A stretch of 64,000 nt of DNA from the NCBI RefSeq assembly GCF_004010195.1, contig NC_057719.1, positions 12,847,872 to 12,911,871 of the forward strand. The letters are read 5' to 3'. Under the pieces are notes generated by a model. It saw nothing but the letters and a program-made list of their open reading frames with translations. It had not been told where the DNA came from and did not search any database. Origin of the DNA: Chiloscyllium plagiosum. Lineage: Eukaryota. The position numbers and the translations under genes were made by a program. Positions within the stretch are counted from its first letter, which is position 1. Each line of letters starts with the position of its first letter. Positions 12,239-24,628 of the stretch are shown here, piece by piece.

Positions 12239-12738
12239 NNNNNNNNNNNNNNNNNNNNNNNNNNNNNNNNNNNNNNNNNNNNNNNNNNNNNNNNNNNNNN
12301 NNNNNNNNNNNNNNNNNNNNNNNNNNNNNNNNNNNNNNNNNNNNNNNNNNNNNNNNNNNNNNNNNNNNNNNNNNNNNNNNNNNNNNNNNNNNNNNNNNNN
12401 NNNNNNNNNNNNNNNNNNNNNNNNNNNNNNNNNNNNNNNNNNNNNNNNNNNNNNNNNNNNNNNNNNNNNNNNNNNNNNNNNNNNNNNNNNNNNNNNNNNN
12501 NNNNNNNNNNNNNNNNNNNNNNNNNNNNNNNNNNNNNNNNNNNNNNNNNNNNNNNNNNNNNNNNNNNNNNNNNNNNNNNNNNNNNNNNNNNNNNNNNNNN
12601 NNNNNNNNNNNNNNNNNNNNNNNNNNNNNNNNNNNNNNNNNNNNNNNNNNNNNNNNNNNNNNNNNNNNNNNNNNNNNNNNNNNNNNNNNNNNNNNNNNNN
12701 NNNNNNNNNNNNNNNNNNNNNNNNNNNNNNNNNNNNNN
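12239..12738. other. Assembly gap (500 N)
   Basis: Run of N. Confidence 1.
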
Positions 12739-12784
12739 AGACATCATAACATTAGGTTGTTGAATTTATTAGTTTAAGGAACAC

Positions 12785-13555
12785 ATAGAGTCATAGAGAT
12801 GTACAGCATGGAAACAGACCCTTCGGTCCAACCCGTCCATGCCGACCAGATATCCCAACCCAATCTAGTCCCATCTGCCAGCGCTTGGCCCATATCCCTC
12901 CAAACCCTTCCTAATCATATACCCATCCAAATGCTTCTTAAATGTTGCTATTGTACCAGCCTCCACCACATCGTCTGGCAGCTCATTCCATACACATATC
13001 ACCCTCCGCGTGAAGGCAGCTCATTCCATACACATATCACCCTCCGCGTGAAAATGTTGCCCCTTAGGTCTCTTTTATATCGTTCCCCTCTCACCCTAAA
13101 ACTATGCCCTCTAGTTCTGGACTCCCCGACCCCAGGGAAAAGACTTTGCCTATTTATCCTATCCATGCCCCTCATAATTTTGTAAACCTCTATAAGGTCA
13201 CCCCTCAGCCTCCGACACTCCAGGAAAAACAGCCCTGGCCTGTTCAGCCTCTCCCTGTAGCTCAGATCCTCCAACCCTGGCAACATCCTTGTAAATCTTT
13301 TCTGAACCTGTTCAAGTTTCACAACATCTTTCCGATAGGAAGGAGACCAGAATTGCATGCAATATTCCAACAGTGGCCTAACCAATGTCCTGTACAGCCG
13401 CAACATGACCTCCCAACTCCTGTACTCAATACTCTGACCAATAAAGGAAAACATACCAAATGCCGCCTTCACTATCCTATTTACCTGCGACTCCACTTTC
13501 AAGGAGCTATGAACCTGCACTCCAAGGTCTCTTTGTTCAGCAACACTCCCTAGTG
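12785..13555 (-). mobile_element. CR1 LINE 3' fragment (relatively young)
   Basis: Minus ORF 12999-13583 QRDLGVQVHSSLKV...LYRTLVRPLLEYC...RRLRGDLIEVYKI; tail (ctctatga)n. Confidence 0.9.
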
Positions 13556-13559
13556 TTGT

Positions 13560-15443
13560 GAAATAAGTGAGCTGTGTTAGCAATTTGTTTAACAGTCTCA
13601 GGACGAAACATTACCTAAAGAAGATAGCATCAAGTGAATATATCAATGCCAATTGAACAAGGATCTTTAATGTGGAAAAGGAGTGACCTTCACTGAAAGT
13701 TGGATATCTGTTAGGCTGTTGTTGAGAGTAAAAGGGTTGAATTTTTATTGCTGATATTTGAAATATGACTATATTATTTAGATAATCAAGTAAAATAGTT
13801 TATAGTTGTGTTCTTTCTGAGTGTAATAAACCTTGGTGTTCTTCTTTTAAAAATAAACTGCCAGCCTCTTGTTCACTGGAATTTGCCTTGTCCAGTTTTA
13901 ACATCAGCTCTGATGGTAACAAAGTGAGGTCTCATCAGAGATAGAGATTATTTGAATTTAAGAATGATCTAAGAAACTATAAAAACGATGAAGGAGCAGC
14001 TCTCCGAAAGCTAGTGCTCCCAGTTAAACCTGTTGGACTATAACCTTGTGTTGTGTGATTTTTAACTTTATAAAAATGAGTACATGGAGATAGTGATCAT
14101 ACAACAAGAACGTTGTTATGAAGTATGTCACTGCATTTGGAGTTTCAAAATGGTTCTGATTGTTGCAGATACTTTTTTTGGGAGTGGAAAATGTGACAGA
14201 GAATTATTTGAAATCTTTCTCTATTATTAAACTGACAAAATGAGCAAATAAATGAAGATAAAGTAAAGGACAAGTGGAATGTGTTCCCTCAGGGTCTATT
14301 AGGAAGGGGGAGATGGCTCTGGATAATTAAGCAAGTTGTTCCTAGACTGTTGATGAAGAGGGTCAAACCACTAAAGGTTCTGAATATTTTATGTCAAAAG
14401 TAGGGTACTTCCTGATTCTTCTAATTGAGCAGACAACCCCCAAAAAATTGAGAGACACTGGAGTAAGTCAGTTATTAATGTTATGTGCTGATATAATTTG
14501 TCTACCGGAGGATAATGAAGTAGAAATATTAATTGGAAGTATACACTAAGGTTACAAACCAATGCCATTATACAGAGTTAGTTGAAGGAGTGATATAGTA
14601 AACAGAGAAGCTGTAGTTAGAGCAGTGCAACAAATCCCTATGGATGGAATTGATCTTATCTTGGGGAATGATCTTGCTGGTTCAAGATTATTGACCTCAC
14701 TGAAGGTGATGGAACAGCTAGTAGATATAAAAGTAACTATATGATCAGCATCCTGGATTGTTTACTGACTGTTGTGACTTGATCTCAGGCATATAGAATT
14801 AGACAGGAAGAGGAAGAGTGCACAAAAGGGAATGAAATTAAAATTTGGTTACTGACATTTTTCTTAATGATTAAGTAAAGCCGGGGATGTATATAAGACT
14901 GAGGCTGACATGGTTAGCTCATCTTCTTTGATAAGAATGTTACAGATAGATCCTGAGTTGAGGGATTTTTTATCAGTCAGCCTACTCAGAAATTGTATCA
15001 GCACCAATATCTGTGTGTTATCATTTGAAAGAAAAAGTGTTAATGAGCAAAGAGACACGACTTCAAATACCAGCTTGTAAAGATTGTGCAGTAAATCACA
15101 TTTGACTAAATATGGAGCCCTCACAAAACTGAGCCTTCATTGAGGTTTGAGTATCTGTAAGGTTGATGTTCAGGATAAAAGGGTTGAATTTTTATTTCGA
15201 ATATTTGAAAAAAGCCTATTTTATGAGGTTCTTGTATATTGTGAAATAGTTTGTGACTTTGTTCCTTTTGTGTGTAATGAACTTTGATATTTTGTTGAAA
15301 GTACACTGACAGTCTCTTGTGAATGTGTTCCCTGGTTAACCACGACAGTGAACAGCTGTCAAAAATAAAACTTGTGCTTTATGAAGCCAGGTCTCACTCT
15401 GAAATCTGGATTGTACAGTGATACATCAGCTGGAATAGTAACA
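13560..15443 (+). mobile_element. Decayed Gypsy-type LTR retrotransposon (protease remnant between two LTR-like segments)
   Basis: LRDTGVSQ at 14448-14471 and IPMDGIDLILGNDLAG near 14634-14681. Two diverged direct repeats both contain aaaagggttgaatttttatt and end in acatcagct...GTAACA (13921, 15443). Confidence 0.7.
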
Positions 15444-15812
15444 ATTTCCTTCCATCGCCCTATCCTTTCCCTCTCCTTGCCTTTATTTTACTTTCCCGGC
15501 ATCTAATTTCCTCCTCTCCCCACTCTTCTGCTCTCCACCTCTCCTGCCTCAGCCTGTCCCCTGTACTCCTTTCCCTCCTGCAAATAGATATGCAGGTACA
15601 CAGACAGGCGTAAACACAAGATAGCATGTGTGTATATTCTCACATACATGCCCATGAGGATTTAGTGCACAGAAATGGGAAGATTTCTAATTGATTTTCG
15701 TCTCAATCCCATGGATGTTAATATAACTATTAAATCAGCAACTCAGTTGAAATCAGCACAGTCAGATAATGGAAGGAGTGATTTAAGTATTATTTAATGT
15801 GGCTGGGTTGAT

Positions 15813-16140
15813 ATTTAGATTTAGATTTAGATTACATTACATTACAGTGTGGAAACAGGCCCTTCGGCCCAACAAGTCCACTCTGACCTGCCGAAGCATA
15901 ACCCACCCATACCCCTACATTTACCCCTTACCTAACACTATGGGCAATTTAGCATGGCCAATTCACCTGACCTGCACATCTTTTGGACTGTGGGTGGAAA
16001 CCGGAGCACCCGGAGGAAACCCACGCAGACACGGGGAGAATGTGCAAACTCCACACAGTCAGTCGCCTGAGTCGGGAATTGAACCCGGGTTTCTGGTGCT
16101 GTGAGGCAGCAGTGCTAACCACTGTGCCACCGTGCCGCCC
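15813..16140 (-). mobile_element. HE1-like V-SINE (tRNA-derived)
   Basis: Minus strand GGGCGGCACGGTGGCACAGTGGTTAGCACTGCTGCCTCACAGC..., B-box GGGTTCAATTCC, V-domain gtggagtttgcacattctcccc, (tctaaa)n tail. Confidence 0.85.
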
Positions 16141-16694
16141 ACTATTCACTATATTCACTAATTATTCTGTGGGAAATCTTCCATTATCCTACAGTCTTTG
16201 TCCCCACTGTGTCAATGGAAAGGCAACTGAGCTTTATACAATGCTTTTCATGACCTCATATTGGATGTAGCAATCAGGCAAATAAGGATATGCTTGACAC
16301 ACAGAATAATGAACTCTGAGAAACGTTAACTCTGATTTCTCTCCACAGATGCTGCCGGTCCTGCTGAGCTTTTCCAGCAATTTCTGTTTGTGTTTGTGAC
16401 ATTGAATAATGGGCTTGCCTCGGTATTTACCGGAGAAGGTCCACATGCTGTGCATACAAAGGAAACTAATTTTGAATCAGGGACAGGGCTTCACCAACAT
16501 TAACAGAAGCAAAATAACAGTAATGAAGAAGTTAATGGGATTAGAGACTAACAAAACTCCCTAGGTTCAGAAAGTGCCCATCCTCAGATTTTACAGGAGC
16601 ATTGAAGAGGCCATAGCTACCAAAATTCTCTTACTTTAAGAACCGTTCTTTTAGATTGGAAATTTGAGATGCCACTCTGCTGTTTAAGATAGTT

Positions 16695-18080
16695 ATAGAA
16701 TCATAAAGATGTACAGCATGGAAACAGACCCTTCGGTCCAACCCATCCATGCCGACCAGATATTCCAACCCAATCTAGTCCCACCTGCGAGAACCAGGCC
16801 CATATCCCTCCAAACCCTTCCTATTCATATACCCCTCCAAATGCCTCTTAAATGTTGCAATTGTACCAGCCTCCACCACTTCCTCTGGCAGCTCATTCCA
16901 TACACGTGCCACCCTTATTGTCCAATCAACCCAACATCTGTTCTGATGGCATTGCTGTAGTTTGTGATTGAGGATGGAGTGGGAAACATGTAAAAAATCT
17001 TCAGCTATTTGTAAAGGGTGGCTTAATCACAGTGAACATAAATTGATCTTGTATGGAGGTTATGGAAGTAGTAGACCGGAAAATATCTATGGATGTTGTT
17101 CCCACAAACGTCCAGAAGAAATTTGATAAAGTTTCTTAGAAGAGACTGACAGCAAGGTTGAAGTTGAAGGAATTGTGTCAGGTTATTGACTTGGTTACGA
17201 AACTGGCTGTTTAGAAGTAAACAGAGATGGGGACAGTGTGAAGGTACTGTAATGGACAAAAAAGTGAATAGCAGTGCCTGTAAGATCTGTGTTGGAGCTC
17301 AAATATTTATTGTATCCGTTACTGTTGTCGGTAATGGAATAGAAAATCACATCTCCATGACTGCTGATGACACAAGGATATTGTAAATTAAGCAATGTGA
17401 ATGGAAGCATAAACTCGCAAAGTGATATTAAAATGTTAATGAGTTGGCAAAACTGCATTTCAATGTAAGCAAACATGAGCTTATCCACTTTGGACCTAAA
17501 CAGGATAAAATAAAGTAAATGGTAGAAATTTTGAAACATTGCATGTCCCAAGAGCAATGAAAAGGCAGTGAATACAGGGTCTTTCAATGTCTTTAAGGCA
17601 GAAGAGAGGCTTGATTACCAAGGGGATGAAAGATTATTGAGGATATATAGGGATGTAGAGTTGACCGATTCAGATCGGTCACAATCTTATTGAATAGTGG
17701 AGCAGGCTTGAAGGGCTCAGTGGCCATAAGACCATAAGACATCGGAGCAGAAATTAGGCCATTCAGCCCATCGAGTCTGCTCTGCTATTCAGTCATGGCT
17801 GATAAGTTTCTCAACCCCATTCTCCTACTTTCTCCCCATAACCCTTGATCCCCTTTACAATCAAGAACCTATCTATCTCCATCTTGAATATACTAAATGA
17901 CCTGGCCTCCACAACCTTTAGTGGTAGTGAATTCCATAGATTGACCACTCTCTGGCTGAAGAAGTGTCTCCTTATTTCTGTCTCAAAGGTGTTCCCTTTA
18001 CTCTAAAGCTGTGCCCTCAGGTCCTAGTCTCTCCTACCAATGAACATCTTCCCAATATCCACTCTGTCCAGGCCATTCAG
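16695..18080. mobile_element. Cluster of CR1 fragments in both orientations
   Basis: Minus 3' ends at 16695-16915 and 17727-18080 around an older + strand RT remnant (ADDT-like at about 17360). Confidence 0.7.
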
Positions 18081-18711
18081 TATTGGCCTCCTCTTGTTCA
18101 TTGTTTGTGTGTTCATTTTAGATTTTCAGCTGCAGAAATTGTAAGAACAGAAAATAATCAGAAAAGGTGAGTGTATTGCTGGGTTTCATATCTAAATGAT
18201 TAGAATACAAAGAAGCAGAAGTCTGGTGTGCACTGTCTTAGGGTAGAAGAGATGGGAAACCTTTAAAAAATACTTGGATAATTCTATGACTCATGCTGAG
18301 GAGGTCTACTGACAAAATAGGGTTCAACATTTCTGTGTCAGAGCCAGAATCTCCATGTTCAAATCCCACTCCAGGACCTGATGACCACAGGAGGTGCTTT
18401 CCGAGACTGGCCAAACAGGCTGGGCATGAACCTGCACAGTTCTTCCCGAGTATGTCAGTGGCAGCAGTAGTGTGTTAAAAGTCAATGAAATGCAAAATAA
18501 CTTCGCAAAAGGGGGAATGAAGTTTGAAATATTCTTCCACAAATGGAAATTGGTTCTGAGCTCATTGTTAATTTTAAATCTCAGATTCTTGACTACCCAA
18601 AGATATTTGATAAAGGTGGGTGTTAGGACACATTAACCATGATCTCTTTCAGTGGTGAAACTAGGTCAATGGGTCAAATGATCCTAAATGGTCCAATTTC
18701 TATAATGCTCA

Positions 18712-18963
18712 GAGTCAGAAGTTGCATGACACCAGGTTATAGTCCAATATTTGAAATCACAAGCTTTCATAATGCTGCCCCTTCATCAGGAGAAGTGGAG
18801 GGAAGTGCAAAAGCACAGAATTTATTGGTGGAGAGATCATTGCAAGATAATTCCAGGTAATTAATAGTGTCAAAAAATAGTACAAATGAAGCTTCACCCG
18901 ACAAAGGAGCAGCACTCCGAAAGTTTGTGTGATTTCAAATAAACCTGTTGGACTATAACCTGG
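18712..18963. mobile_element. Diverged palindromic PLE derivative, family B
   Basis: ccaggttatagtccaa ... ttggactataacctgg inverted termini with hammerhead-like remnants. Confidence 0.7.
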
Positions 18964-19379
18964 TCTCCTGCGACTGCTGACTATGTGAGAAAGTTGCAAT
19001 ATAAATCTAGGTTGTTGTTAGTAATATGCTTGAGCTGTGAGTACGGTTCCAACAGGGGCAATTTGAACCAAACTCTCGTGGAAATCTGGTGAGGCGGGGT
19101 CGTCATTGAATTGTGAACTGATTCTCCTCTGAAGGGAGTGGTGAGCAGAGTTTTGGCCAGTGTGTAACACTGCTGGACCACCCCACCCGCCTGACAAAAG
19201 TCTGTCCCAGCTTCTAGACTGAAAGAAGCACGAGGCTGTACCGAACTGGAAAGCGAAAGAACTGACAATTGTACTTGGAAATCATGTGACACCACCCTTC
19301 TAACAAGTGATCCTTTTGTATGTTCCATGTGCTTGAATTGCGCCCATTAACTGCTTGCAATGACCTGGGCATTTACTGT

Positions 19380-19730
19380 CATAGAATCCCTGCCATGTGG
19401 AAACAGGCCCTTCAGCCCAACAAGTCCACACTGACCCTCCAAAGAGTAACCCACCCAGACCCATTCCCCTACCCTATTACTCAACATTTGCTTCTGACTA
19501 ATACACTTAACCTACACGTCCCTGAACACTATGGGCAATTTAGCATGGCCAATCCATCTAGATTGCACATCTTTGGACTGTGGGAAGAAGCCGGAACACC
19601 CGGAGGAAACCCACTCAAACCTGGGGAGAATGTGCAAACTCCACACAGACAGTCGCCCGAGGCTGGAATCGAACCTGGGTCCCTGGTGCTGTGAGGTTGC
19701 AATGCTAACCGCTGAGCCATTGTGCTCCCT
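19380..19730 (-). mobile_element. HE1-like V-SINE
   Basis: Same family as 15813-16140. Confidence 0.82.
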
Positions 19731-20841
19731 TTAGTTATTGGAATATTTTATTTTCAGTCACTGTTTAGTTTAGGGTTTGAATTGTAACAATGTTGGCTCC
19801 AGATCCTCGATGTCTTTGGCACTCCATTGCAAGAATACACCTACAGATGTTTTCATAGCTCTGGGGACTAATATAAAGCTTTCTAATAACAGGGAAATTA
19901 ATGACACCAATACTCAAACTCATGCTTCGACCTGTGTCTGATTTTGGGCATTGGTATACCCAGGATAGGCAGTCACCAGGAGACTGGTACACTTCCAGTA
20001 TAATCACGCTTCCAATTTACTAAGAAATGGTAAAATATCACCCTCCTCACTCCCACTACCTCCCCGCTCCCCCCACCTCACCTCCAGCAGAAGGGTAGTG
20101 TAGGAGGTTTCAGTTTACCCACTATCTGGAGTGACGTTTCACACATGCAATCAAGCAACTCCCGATGACTGTTGGGTCTGTTTGAACTGGCAGCTTGAGA
20201 TCTACATACTAAACATGTAGATTTAACCATTATCTGTTGCCTCTGTAGTCATTTATGCAAACAAACAACTTGGTTCGAAAGGTCAAATGACCCTTGTCTG
20301 TGCAGGCTGTAGATTGACAGATAAAGAGAGAGCCACGTGGTAAATTCTTATCAGCAGTTTCAGCACATTATTAAATAGTGCAAAACTTGTAACTTTTATG
20401 TTCAAAGGGACTTGCATGCACTGAAACAAGCAAGTCAGGAAGTTAGTTTATAGAGTCAGAGAGTCATACAGCACAGAGACAGGCCCTTCGGTCCAACTCA
20501 TCTGTGCTGACCTTGTTTTCTAAACTGAACTAGTCCCACGTCCTTGTGTTTGACCCATATCCCTCTAAACCTTTCCAATTTGTACCTGTCCAAATGTCTT
20601 TTAAATGTTGCAATTTTAATCAACCTCTACCACTTCCTCTGGCAGCTTGTACCAAATACACCCTGTTTGTGGGTACAGCAAGCAATTAGGAAGACACAGG
20701 ATCATTAGAGAAAACTATAATAGTCTCAGCCAGTTCCTCCATATATTGCTGATGGAAAGAGTCACAGACATTTTGTGATGCAGGAGGCCACTTGGCCCAT
20801 CATACCTCCACCAGCTCTTCAAGTGAGTATCGTTACCTAGT

Positions 20842-22010
20842 GCCATCACTTACCCTTCACTCCTCCCTAGAACATCTTGACACCAAGAACAGCTATGTAA
20901 GAATCCTACTCATTGACTACAGTTCACCCTGCAACACTATTATCCCCTTGAGACCTATTATTAAACTTAGTGATCTCGGACTAAGCCCCACTCTCTGTGA
21001 CCTCAGTTTCCTGACCCACAGGCCACAATCAGTGAACATTGAGACAATATTTCATCCTCACTAATACTCAACACTGGAGCCCCCCCTAAGGGTGTGTACT
21101 CAGCCCCCTACTGTACTCACTGTATACCCATGACTGTGTCGCCAAATACCAGACTAATGCCATTTACAAGTTCGCTGATGACACCACCATAGTCAGTTGA
21201 ATCTCAGATGGCGATGAAACAGACTACAGATGGGAGGTGGAAGACCTGGAAAAATGGTGCACTGAGAACAACCTAGCTCTCAATGCTGGCAAAACCAAGG
21301 AAGCCATTATTGACTTTTGGCGGGATGTTATTCATGGCTCCCTACACATTAACAGCACAGAGGTGGAACAAGTGGAGAGTGTCAAGCTCCTTGGAGTGGT
21401 CATCCATAACAAGCTTTCTTGGACCCTTCATGTGGACGCACTGGTTACAAAGGCCCAACAACGTCTCTTCTTCCTCAGGCAGCTGAGGAAATTTGACATG
21501 ACGGTGAATACCGTTGCCAACTTTTATAGGTGCACCATCGAGAGCATTCTGTCTGGATGTATCACTACCTGGTATGGCAACTGTACAATTCAATATCAGA
21601 GACGGTTACAGACAGTGGTGAACTCAGCCCAGACAATCACAAAGGCCAATCTCCCATCTATAGAATCCATCTACCAGGCCCGTGGTCAAGGAAATGGCGC
21701 CAGCATTCTCAAAGATCCAGCCCACCCTGGCGATGTTTTTCTACAACCTCTACCATCAGGGAGAAGGTACAGAAGCCTGAACACACGCTGGTTTCATAAC
21801 AGTTTCAACCTTACTGTTGTTAGAATACTGAATGGACTCACAAACTCTTAACATTCACCTGTACTTGTGTTTTTGATTCTGCTGTTGTTTACCTATTATT
21901 TACTATCTATGTTACTTAACTCTGTGATCTGTCCGTATTGCTCGCAAGACAAAGCTTTTCACTGTGTCTCGGTACACATGACAATAAATTCATTTCAATT
22001 CAATTCAATC
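20842..22010 (+). mobile_element. Rex1/Babar-like non-LTR retrotransposon, 5'-truncated RT pseudogene
   Basis: [30 protein letters not shown] (21168), LNAGKTKEAIIDF, KAQQRLFFLRQLRKF, FYRCTIESILSGCITTWYG; AATAAA plus (TTCAA)n tail. Confidence 0.8.
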
Positions 22011-22053
22011 CCCTGCTTTCACCCCATTCTCTGGCACACTGTTTTCATCTGAT

Positions 22054-22312
22054 CCAAGAACAGAAATTGCTGAAAAAGCTCAGTGTGTCAGGCAGCACCT
22101 GTGGAGAAAAATCACAGTTAGCGTTTTGGGTCGAGTGTCCCTTCCTCAGAACTGAAGAACAAAATCGGAGCTCTGAGAAAGGGTCACTCACGCTGAGACA
22201 TTATTAACTCTGATTCCTCTCCACAGATGCTTCCAGACCTGCTGAGCTTTTCCAGCAATTCCTGTTTTTTTTTGTTTCTGATTTCCAGTATCCGCAGTTT
22301 TTTTGGTTTGTC
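22054..22312. mobile_element. Palindromic PLE derivative, family C, about 12-bp TSD
   Basis: Inverted arms aattgctgaaaaagctcag...ctgtggaga / tctccacag...ctgagcttttccagcaatt; TSD TTTTCATCTGAT (22042) / TTTTTATCTGAT (22313). Confidence 0.7.
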
Positions 22313-22864
22313 TTTTTATCTGATTAACCAGTCCCCTCTTGAATGCCTCCGTGAAACTTGTCTCTATTACATTTCCAGATAGCACATTCCATACTTGAAC
22401 TATTCATTGAGTGAAAAAGTCTTTTCTTATATCGCACTTATCACTTTTGCAAATCTGTACCAAGATGTGACATTTTGGGGGATTTAAACAATGTTAAAGG
22501 TGTGTGTGTGTGATTCAAAACACACTCAGATCATGTGCGTTCTTATTAAATAGAGGGGGCATGCTCCAGGGACTGATTTACCTACTTCCTCATCTCCTCT
22601 CTATGTCCATATTACAATTTGAGTTGTCTAAAGATTTTGCAAAGAAATGTCCAACAATAATAGAGCAATCTGTATTTCTGCATATAAGTGCACATTTGTG
22701 ACTAGATATAGCTACCAGTATCATGGGATTTTGACAGTCTGTACTAACAGGTTGTCATCAATACAACAGTAAAATCTAGAGCATAGAATCAAAGGTAAAG
22801 TCGCCATCATCTGACCAGACCATAGGACAGACTTGTAGAGCCTTACAAACCAGAAACATGCAGC

Positions 22865-23080
22865 TTCTGGGTTTCTGCCAGGGTCTCCAGTTTCCTCCCA
22901 GGGTCCAAAGATGTGCAGGTTAGGTGGATTGGCCATGCTAAATTGCACACAGAGTCAGGGATGCGCAGTTGAGGTGGATTAGCCATGGTAACTATGGGGT
23001 TATGGGGATAGGGTAAGGTGCTCTTCAGAGGCTCTGTGCAGACATGATGGGCTGAATGATCTCTTTCCACACTAGAGATT
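22865..23080 (+). mobile_element. HE1-like SINE, 5'-truncated
   Basis: gggtttc...tccaaagatgtgcaggttaggtggattggccatgctaaattgc body. Confidence 0.7.
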
Positions 23081-23307
23081 CTATTATTATCTAGATTGCA
23101 ACTTTTCTGTACAAGCCCAATCCTGCCAATATTTCTATTTGTCAAACAGCAGTCTTAACTCCCTTGTTAGAGAGTTTAGAAACTTCATTGCAGCAATGGC
23201 TTTCCGCACAGAATTTCACCTCCGAACCACCCTCTGCATGAAGATTTTCTTCCAAATCCTTTAAATGTGTTAACGAATATTAGAAACCATCTCTCCCTAA
23301 TTCCCTG

Positions 23308-23691
23308 TGATGTGGAGGAGCTGGTGTTGGACTGGGGTGGACAAAGTTAAAAAATCACACAACACCAGGCTATAGTCCAACAGGTTTATTTGGAAGCACT
23401 AGCTTTTGGAGCGCTGTTCCTTCATCGGCTGGTTGTGGAGAATCAGACCATAACACACAGAATTTATAGCAAAAGATTACAGTGTCATGCAACTGAAATG
23501 ATATATTGAACAACAATCCAGGTTTCTACAGTGTATCATTTCAGTTGCATGACACTGCAATCTTTTGCTATAAATTCTGTGTCTTATGATCTTATTCTCC
23601 ACAACCACCCGATGAAGGAGCAGCGCTCCAAAAGCTAGTGCTTCCAAATAAACCTGTTGGACTATAACCTGGTGTTGTGTGATTTTTAACT
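23308..23691. mobile_element. Palindromic PLE derivative, family B (about 165-bp arms)
   Basis: Arms about 23345-23510 and 23530-23691 are reverse complements. Confidence 0.85.
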
Positions 23692-23757
23692 ACTCCCCCA
23701 TGAGATTCACTGGTGGTGGTGAGGAGGAAGCAAGTATTGGTATTTTCTGTCATTAGG

Positions 23758-23890
23758 TAGAAGTGGGTATTGCAGATGCTGGAGATTAGAGTCAAGATTA
23801 GAGTGGTGCTGGAAAAGCACAGCAGATCAGGCAGCATCCGAGGAGCAGGAAAAATTGAAATTTCAGGCAAAAGCCCTTCATCAGGAATGG
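23758..23890 (-). mobile_element. PLE terminal repeat, family A
   Basis: Minus strand ctgatgaagggcttttgcctgaaa followed by the family A tail. Confidence 0.7.
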
Positions 23891-24628
23891 CTATCATTGG
23901 CCCACTGAAACTGTCAGTTTCGAAAGTCTGTATTTATTGCCCATTGCTAATTGCCTTTGGTGAAGAGCTACCTTCCTGAATGGTGTGCTGTGAACTGGGA
24001 AACTTGGAGGTGGTGCTCCCAGATACCTGATATCCTTTGAACTGACATGTACTCTTCAATGATCTGTGTATTTGTAACTCAGAGATTCTCTATCCCACTT
24101 ATAATCTTACCTGGTAAAACGTTATTTCCCTATTCATACAGCTTTTTATTCCTTTATATTTATGGAAGTAGTCCTCTGAAAGAAAAGTGATGTCATTGAT
24201 TTGGAGAGTTTGATGAGCTAGGCATTGGGATTAAGCTGAATAAGTGCTCATGTGGTAGAAATTGTCTGTTTGTACAGTTTTATCTGTGAATTATAAATTA
24301 TTTAGTCTACTAACTACAGTCTTATAGGTTGAAACTCTGATCAGGTAAATGTTCCATTGAGGGAGCACTGCAGTATTGAGACACCCTACGGCAAGATGCT
24401 AAACCCAGGTCTTACTGCTTTTTGTTGTTGTTAACTACTACAAGGAGCTGCTCAAAGATGAGTGACTGCTAATCTCGATCACCTTTCTTCCCTCACCCAT
24501 CATCACTAACCCATACCAAAGGCAAAATACTGTAGATGATACTGAAGGCAGAAATTTCCAGAAACACTCTGCAGCTTTCACTTGGGGAAAATCATGTCTT
24601 GTGAATGTGCAGGAAATCTTTGAAAGGG

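Noticed and set aside
12091..12777. ORFs of 190-296 aa crossing 12239-12738 (likewise 56533-57211)
   Set aside because: Length is due to N runs; only 11873-12182 is real coding sequence.
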